DNA of 64,000 nt. Source: Candidatus Bathyarchaeum tardum. Its GTDB lineage: Archaea > Thermoproteota > Bathyarchaeia > Bathyarchaeales > Bathyarchaeaceae. The notes beneath the pieces were generated by a model that was given only the letters and a program-made list of their open reading frames with translations, had not been told where the DNA came from and searched no databases. Positions 58,798-64,000 of this stretch are shown here, piece after piece; position 1 is the first letter of the stretch; each line of letters opens with the position of its first letter. The position numbers were made by a program, and so were the translations under genes. The stretch lies in assembly GCA_024650005.2 (NCBI GenBank), contig CP122380.1, positions 192,001 to 256,000 on the forward strand, read 5' to 3'.

Positions 58798-60189
58798 ATG
58801 GGTTTAATGACAACTGAAAGCTGGTTACAGTGCATCATTCCTAGTTGTGGAAAAAAATACAGTGTAACTGAACGAAGAACAAATTGTGACTGTGGAGAAC
58901 TTCTTGACGTCCAGTACAAAGGAGCCTTCCCCAAAAGTTTGCAAGAAACCTTTTATATGCGACAAAGTCACAGACAAAGTGAACCCCATAATATATTTAA
59001 TGAAAGTGGGGTTTGGCGATTCCGTGAGTTACTTAATTTTGTTAGCGTTAATACAGAGGACCTTACTGATTGTAGTAAAAAACTTGTCTCTTTAGATGGT
59101 GCAGAAGGAAGAACAAAAACATTTCATTTGACTAAGGTAGCCGATTATGTGGGTCTAAACTCAAAAAACTTTTGGATACAGTTTGAAGGCGATAACCCAA
59201 CCGGTTCTTTCAAAGATAATGGAATGGCATCTGCTTTTACTCACGCAAAAATGGTTGGAGCCAAAAAAGTTGTTTGCGCTTCTACGGGAAACACTTCAAG
59301 CTCTGCTGCAGCTTTTGCTGCTAATGAGCTAAATATGACAGCGGTGATTCTGGTTGGAGAAGGCAAAATAGCAAAAGGCAAGCTTGCCCAGTCTCTTGCC
59401 TATGGTGCCAAAGTTTTGCAAGTTAAGGGTGATTTTGATGTTGCTATGGCTATGGTCCAAGAGCTTTCCAAAGAAAGTAATATCTACGTTGTCAACTCCT
59501 TGAACTGTTTCCGGCTTGAAGGCCAAAAAACTATGATGTTTCGAATTCTGGATTATTTGAATTGGGAGATTCCTGACTGGATAGTTTTTCCTGGAGGAAA
59601 CTTGGGTAACACTTCAGCTTTTGGTAAAGCCTTCATGGAACTTTATGAATATGGATGGATAAAGAAAAAACCCCGGATGGCTGTGGTTGTTGCAGAGGGG
59701 GCACCTACATTTTCAGACCTTTATAATGACCATGGACTAAAATGGAATGGTGGAAAAATTAACAACAGTATCATCAATGACTACTATATTGAAGTGGAAC
59801 GAAAAGGCATCAAAGCAAACACTCGCGCCAGCGCAATTGAAATTTTAAAACCAGTAAACCTGAAGAAAGCATTACGAACTCTTGAATTCACTAATGGTGT
59901 CGTAACAAAGGTTCCAGACAATGAAATAATGGATACTATGGCTATGATTAGTAAAAACGGGTTTGGTTGTGAGCCTGCTTCTGCTGCTACGGTTGCGGGA
60001 ACCAAAAAATTGGTTTCCCAAGGAGTAATCGAAAAAGACGCTACTGTAGTTGGAATCGCTACTGGTCACATTCTCAAGGACACATCTGCAATTGTTGATT
60101 ATCACTTTAATCCCAAAAACAAGTTTGCTAACACGCCGATTGTTGTGGAGCCTGACGTGAATAAGATACTCAAACTTGTTGATTCTTGA
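58798..60189 (+). CDS. thrC: Threonine synthase
   Basis: N-terminal Zn knuckle, NPTGSFKD, CASTGNTS, EGQKT, PGGNLGN, EPASAA, TGH.LKD. Confidence 0.93.
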   Translation: MGLMTTESWLQCIIPSCGKKYSVTERRTNCDCGELLDVQYKGAFPKSLQETFYMRQSHRQSEPHNIFNESGVWRFRELLNFVSVNTEDLTDCSKKLVSLDGAEGRTKTFHLTKVADYVGLNSKNFWIQFEGDNPTGSFKDNGMASAFTHAKMVGAKKVVCASTGNTSSSAAAFAANELNMTAVILVGEGKIAKGKLAQSLAYGAKVLQVKGDFDVAMAMVQELSKESNIYVVNSLNCFRLEGQKTMMFRILDYLNWEIPDWIVFPGGNLGNTSAFGKAFMELYEYGWIKKKPRMAVVVAEGAPTFSDLYNDHGLKWNGGKINNSIINDYYIEVERKGIKANTRASAIEILKPVNLKKALRTLEFTNGVVTKVPDNEIMDTMAMISKNGFGCEPASAATVAGTKKLVSQGVIEKDATVVGIATGHILKDTSAIVDYHFNPKNKFANTPIVVEPDVNKILKLVDS

Positions 60190-60199
60190 TTGGCTTTGT

Positions 60200-60451
60200 T
60201 TATGATGCACCTAGAAAGCTTAGTGCTTGGGATGCAATCAAGAACAAGAATATGGAACTGGTGACTTTGGAGCCTACTTTCCAGACTACTGATAGTAAAA
60301 TTAGTATGGTTGCCATCTGTATGAGTTGATGGGATGCTGAAATTCCCATGTATTCTAAAATGAAGCCGATAACAAAGGTTAACCCATCTCCGATACTTTT
60401 TAACCCAATCATTATTTGACCTAAGGCTTCGATTAAGCCTGGATTAAACAC
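60200..60451 (-). CDS. Small membrane hypothetical protein
   Basis: GTG start after AGGTG SD; hydrophobic segments. Confidence 0.55.
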   Translation of the reverse strand: MFNPGLIEALGQIMIGLKSIGDGLTFVIGFILEYMGISASHQLIQMATILILLSVVWKVGSKVTSSIFLFLIASQALSFLGAS

Positions 60452-60929
60452 TTTTTTAACACCTAGACTCCGCTGACGCTTAAATATAGATACCTGAATT
60501 TAATTTATCAACCTTGTGCGGTAGCAGTTCGGATGATAAATCCAGTTAACCAATTATCAATAACAGTATTGTTCGGTTTTATTGACGCTTGCTACTAATT
60601 CAACAATAATTAAAAAATTATGAAGATTCATTGCATAAAAAAATTATATTAAAAGTTAAATAACACAAAACAATACCTAATTTTGTCCTTGAATTTGCTT
60701 TATCATTTTTGCTTTCGAGTTGCTAAAGGGATTCAGTATGTTTTGTAAATATCTTTTAAGTGCGAAATGTAATTCATCATTTTGGTTCGGTGATTTTCTT
60801 TATAATTGCTTATGGTTTAGTTTCAATGCGAACCATAACACATTTGAAATAACTAAGTTTTTGTATATGAAATCTTTCTGAGAAATGAAAAATTTAAGTA
60901 CAAGTCCGTTGATTGTTACGGAATTGAAT

Positions 60930-61007
60930 GCCTTGGTAGTATAGCTAGGTCTAGTATAGGCGGCTGTCGCCCGCCCGACCCGGGTTCAAATCCCGGCCAA
61001 GGCGCCA
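60930..61007 (+). tRNA. tRNA-Asp(GTC)
   Basis: GCCTTGG/CCAAGGC+GCCA, GGCGG-CTGTCGC-CCGCC, CCGGG-TTCAAAT-CCCGG. Confidence 0.97.
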
Positions 61008-61436
61008 TTCACATTTTCTGTTTCTATTTTTTCTAAGGATCAAAGTTTTTTCAACTGGGAAAATATTTGCTGGTGGTCAATATTAGCTGAACACATAAAA
61101 CATCAAAGGGTTTCACGTAGCAACCTGTAAAAAGTGTCAGGTTTGCCTGGTGCCATTACGGCGATGCTGTTTTGTTTTCTGCAATGTGTTCTTTTGCAGT
61201 TTTGATTACATTGTTTTATGGGGATTACCTTGGAGTTGTGGAAACCGTTCAAAGCTACTAGTTTCCATTTTTGTTTAACAAAAACTCAGAGAAACCGCTA
61301 CGTTCTGAATATCTTGTTGTTGCAGTCTATGGCTTCTTTTACCATCTTTTGCTTCAAATTCAGTGTACTCTTATCTGTGGTGACAATCATGTCAATTATT
61401 ATATTTTTTTAAAACAAAAATTAAAAATCAAAACGT

Positions 61437-61838
61437 TCACTGGAAAGTTTTTGTTACCCATTCCTTGATTTCTTGCCTGACTTGTCGTACTTGTTGCATT
61501 ATTTGTTCTTCAGTGCCCTTAAACTTTGAAGGGTCAGCAAAACTTTTGTGTATCACTTTTTCTGCTGGAAAGAAGGGACATGTTTCTTTGGCGTGGTCAC
61601 AAACAGTGACTACGACATCAAACTTTTTTGCTTTAAACTCATTGATGTTTTTTGACCATTGTTTTGACGTGTCGATTCCAATTTCGTTCAAAGCTTTGAT
61701 AACATGCGGGTTGATTTTTGTAGCTGTTGTTCCAGCGCTGTAGGCTTTGTATTTGCTTGAAAGGTTTGCGTTAACTAGGGCTTCTGCCATCTGGGAACGG
61801 GCAGAATTGTGGGTGCAAATGAACAATATTTCTTTCAT
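61437..61838 (-). CDS. arsC: Thioredoxin-type arsenate reductase (LMW-PTP fold)
   Basis: LFICTHNSARSQMAE, SAGT, VTVCD.A.E.CP.FP, F.DP. Confidence 0.92.
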   Translation of the reverse strand: MKEILFICTHNSARSQMAEALVNANLSSKYKAYSAGTTATKINPHVIKALNEIGIDTSKQWSKNINEFKAKKFDVVVTVCDHAKETCPFFPAEKVIHKSFADPSKFKGTEEQIMQQVRQVRQEIKEWVTKTFQ

Positions 61839-61848
61839 TGGGTTGCCT

Positions 61849-62229
61849 CTACAGTAAATCAAGGTCCCTTAGTTTTTCGATTTCTGTTTTGTCTGCTATA
61901 GAGCAGTATGCCCATTTTCCTTTCTTTTTTCGTTTAACTATCCCTGCATTTTCTAGTATCTCAACGTGGTGAGAAAGATTTGGCTGCGTCGTATCAATGC
62001 ACACCATGAGTTCGCAGATGCACATTTCTTTGTTCATAAGCAATTTTATTATTCTAAGGCGTTTTTCGTCCGCTAACGCTTTGAAAAACTTGCTTTGTTT
62101 TTTTGCCATTTTGGTGTCTGCGACGGTTTCAACTAGTTCGAGTAATTCTTTGCAGTATTCTTCTGGGGCTTCTGCATTGCAGTATTCTGTTTCTGTTAAT
62201 CGTTTTAATCGATCTTTGAGGTCTTCCAT
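61849..62229 (-). CDS. arsR: ArsR/SmtB metalloregulator
   Basis: FKALADEKRLRII..L....MCICEL, QPNLSHH..IL..AG. Confidence 0.9.
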   Translation of the reverse strand: MEDLKDRLKRLTETEYCNAEAPEEYCKELLELVETVADTKMAKKQSKFFKALADEKRLRIIKLLMNKEMCICELMVCIDTTQPNLSHHVEILENAGIVKRKKKGKWAYCSIADKTEIEKLRDLDLL

Positions 62230-62344
62230 GATTTTTCACTTTATTTTTGTTGTGAACGTTTTTAAATATGTTTACACCAACAAAACGTATAAATATATCT
62301 ATATATGTTGATAACAATAAGAAACATATCTAAAAGTGACCTAA

Positions 62345-63136
62345 ATGGAAAATAAAAAAATAAAAGAACACATCAAAAAGCGGTATGGTGCCATTGCTTC
62401 ATCCGACTGTTCTAGTTGTTCATCAACTTCTTGCAGTTCTTCTGCGTGTTGTCCCTCATCAGGTTCTGATGACCCTCCACAATATATCGCATGGAAAGTC
62501 GGCTACGCTCCCGACGAAATAAACAGCGTTCCCGAAGAAGCTGTTTCAGGCTTAGGGTGCGGAAACCCGGTTGCCCTCGCAAAACTCAAAGAAGGACAAA
62601 CTGTTCTTGACTTGGGCTCTGGTGGAGGAATGGACTCTTTTTTAGCCTCCAAAAAAGTTGGACCCACCGGAAAAGTGATTGGGGTTGACATGACCCAACA
62701 AATGATCGACAAAGCTAAAACTACTGCGTCGGCTCATGGTTACAATAATGTGGAGTTCCGTTTAGGAGAAATTGAGTCCTTGCCTGTTGATGATTCCTCA
62801 GTGGATGTAATAATCAGCAACTGTGTAGTTAACTTGGCTCCCGACAAACTCAAAGTCTTCAAAGAGGCTTACCGGGTTCTAAAACCGGACGGTCATTTGA
62901 TGGTTTCCGACCTAGTTACCTTGGGTGATTTGCCTGAAAATGTCAAAAAAAGTTTTGATGCTTGGGCTAGTTGCATAGCTGGTGCTTTGGAAAAAGACGA
63001 TTATTTAAACAAAATTGCAGAGGCAGGCTTTACTGACGTTAAAGTTGTTTCTGAAAAACCTTACCTGATTGATGTTTCATCCCAAATTAAAGGAAAAATA
63101 ATCAGCATACAAGTTGAGGCTCAGAAAAGTTCCTAA
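62345..63136 (+). CDS. arsM: Arsenite methyltransferase
   Basis: Cys-rich N-terminus, GLGCGNP, LDLGSGGG.D, ISNCVVNL, WASCIAGA. Confidence 0.95.
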   Translation: MENKKIKEHIKKRYGAIASSDCSSCSSTSCSSSACCPSSGSDDPPQYIAWKVGYAPDEINSVPEEAVSGLGCGNPVALAKLKEGQTVLDLGSGGGMDSFLASKKVGPTGKVIGVDMTQQMIDKAKTTASAHGYNNVEFRLGEIESLPVDDSSVDVIISNCVVNLAPDKLKVFKEAYRVLKPDGHLMVSDLVTLGDLPENVKKSFDAWASCIAGALEKDDYLNKIAEAGFTDVKVVSEKPYLIDVSSQIKGKIISIQVEAQKSS

Positions 63137-63210
63137 TCTGATTTAGTAAATTCGTTTCTGACTGGTGTCTGCCTGCATGGAATAGGAAGTCTAAGTGTGT
63201 CCTGATGGCT

Positions 63211-63372
63211 TTATGCTAAGGTTCCTTTTATGGCATCGGCTTTCAACCTGAGATTATCCAGCTTGTCATCGAAATGAAGGCACGAATCTTCATCTTTTTC
63301 GGGGTCTTTTAATGAACAGTGACCGTTATTCCAATTTATGCAATTTGACCTATCACATAATGGGTAATCCAT
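63211..63372 (-). CDS. 53-aa Cys-rich microprotein
   Basis: MDYPLCDRSNCINWNNGHCSLKDPEKDEDSCLHFDDKLDNLRLKADAIKGTLA; AGAGGGG SD; just downstream of ArsR gene. Confidence 0.65.
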   Translation of the reverse strand: MDYPLCDRSNCINWNNGHCSLKDPEKDEDSCLHFDDKLDNLRLKADAIKGTLA

Positions 63373-63399
63373 CAATTTCCCCTCTTGTGCATTTTTTGT

Positions 63400-63723
63400 T
63401 TAGATGATTTGCTCCAAGATTTTTTCTGTAAGTGAGTTCATGATTTCTGGAGTAAGTGAGTCAACAATTTTGAACACTTGAGGGTCTGCTACCGAGTAGA
63501 GTCTACGGTTTCCATCTTTTCTATTTTTGACCATTCCGCAGTTTTTTAGAATTTTTAAGTGCCGAGAAACTACTGGCTGAATAATATCAAGGTGAGGAAC
63601 AATTTTGCATACGCATTTTTCGCCGTCACGGAGGAATTCGAGTATTTCTAGTCGAACTGGGTCTGATAATGCTTTGAAAATTTTGGCTTTGAACTTGTTT
63701 TGGTCTTTGATTTGTAGGAGCAT
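63400..63723 (-). CDS. ArsR/SmtB regulator
   Basis: FKALSDPVRLEIL..L..GEKCVC.I, QP.VSRHL. Confidence 0.92.
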   Translation of the reverse strand: MLLQIKDQNKFKAKIFKALSDPVRLEILEFLRDGEKCVCKIVPHLDIIQPVVSRHLKILKNCGMVKNRKDGNRRLYSVADPQVFKIVDSLTPEIMNSLTEKILEQII

Positions 63724-63807
63724 ATGTTAAAAATGAGAAAAGTGAATATTTAAATATTGTTATATGCTTTGCAGATTTTACGAATACATGTTCATAGGTG
63801 GCAAATA

Positions 63808-64000
63808 GTGGCTAAAAAAATGTACAAAGGAATTCCCCGAAACAAAATCCCTTGGTATCCTATAATTGACAAAGAAAAATGCACTAACTGCGGCAAATGT
63901 GTAGAATACTGTAGCCTTGGAACTTTTGGTTTTGAAGAAAAAGACGGAGAAAAACAAGTAGTGATAAAAAATCCATATAATTGTGTGGTTCTTTGTACTG
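63808..64000 (+). CDS. 4Fe-4S ferredoxin-like protein (3' end outside window)
   Basis: GTG after AGGTGG SD; GIPR..IPWYP.ID.EKCTNCGKCVEYC...NPYNCVVLC. Confidence 0.85.
   Translation, partial: MAKKMYKGIPRNKIPWYPIIDKEKCTNCGKCVEYCSLGTFGFEEKDGEKQVVIKNPYNCVVLCT

Noticed and set aside
60460-61430. AT-rich non-coding flanks of tRNA-Asp, including ORFs 61218-61468
   Set aside because: No recognisable motif, repeat or coding signal by eye
1-64000. Many short ORF-track entries antisense to or nested in recognised genes
   Set aside because: Shadow frames of well-supported genes with no motifs
1-64000. CRISPR array, rRNA or intact transposase
   Set aside because: No regularly spaced direct repeats, rRNA-like stretch or transposase motifs seen

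Overview
Archaeal chromosome segment. Sm protein, rpl37e, GPN GTPase, class I CCA enzyme, FwdB, NrpR, GrpE-DnaK-DnaJ, expanded PEF-CTERM beta-helix surface proteins and non-canonical tRNA introns together suggest Bathyarchaeia (inference). Mostly housekeeping genes: PhoU/DUF47, pyrI, hsp20, acs, fwdB, gdhA-nrpR, class II aldolase, GMP synthase B, dnaK operon, split glutamate synthase operon, cca/2H phosphodiesterase, rnz, trm11, prs, HMG-CoA reductase, alkA, alanine dehydrogenase and thrC. There are four tRNAs: Arg-TCG with a 29/30 intron, Ile-GAT, Lys-TTT with a D-arm intron, and Asp-GTC. Accessory parts are an integrase remnant plus AbiE pair after tRNA-Ile, an HNH pseudogene fragment, an AT-rich Hhe-like helicase-nuclease island, and an arsenic cluster. 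The most notable unexplained signals are: (1) a GTCAA-N6-TTGAC palindrome (5 copies) at the same promoter position of all three PEF-CTERM surface-protein loci; (2) a ~125-nt GC-rich multibranch RNA-like structure upstream of the 2H-phosphodiesterase/cca genes; (3) conserved genes that seem to need ACG/ATA/ATC/CTG starts; (4) a variant NrpR-like operator (CGGCA-N6-TGCCG) at the GOGAT promoter; (5) a B12-binding protein with Met in place of the cobalt-ligating His. All calls are by-eye motif recognition; no database searches were run.
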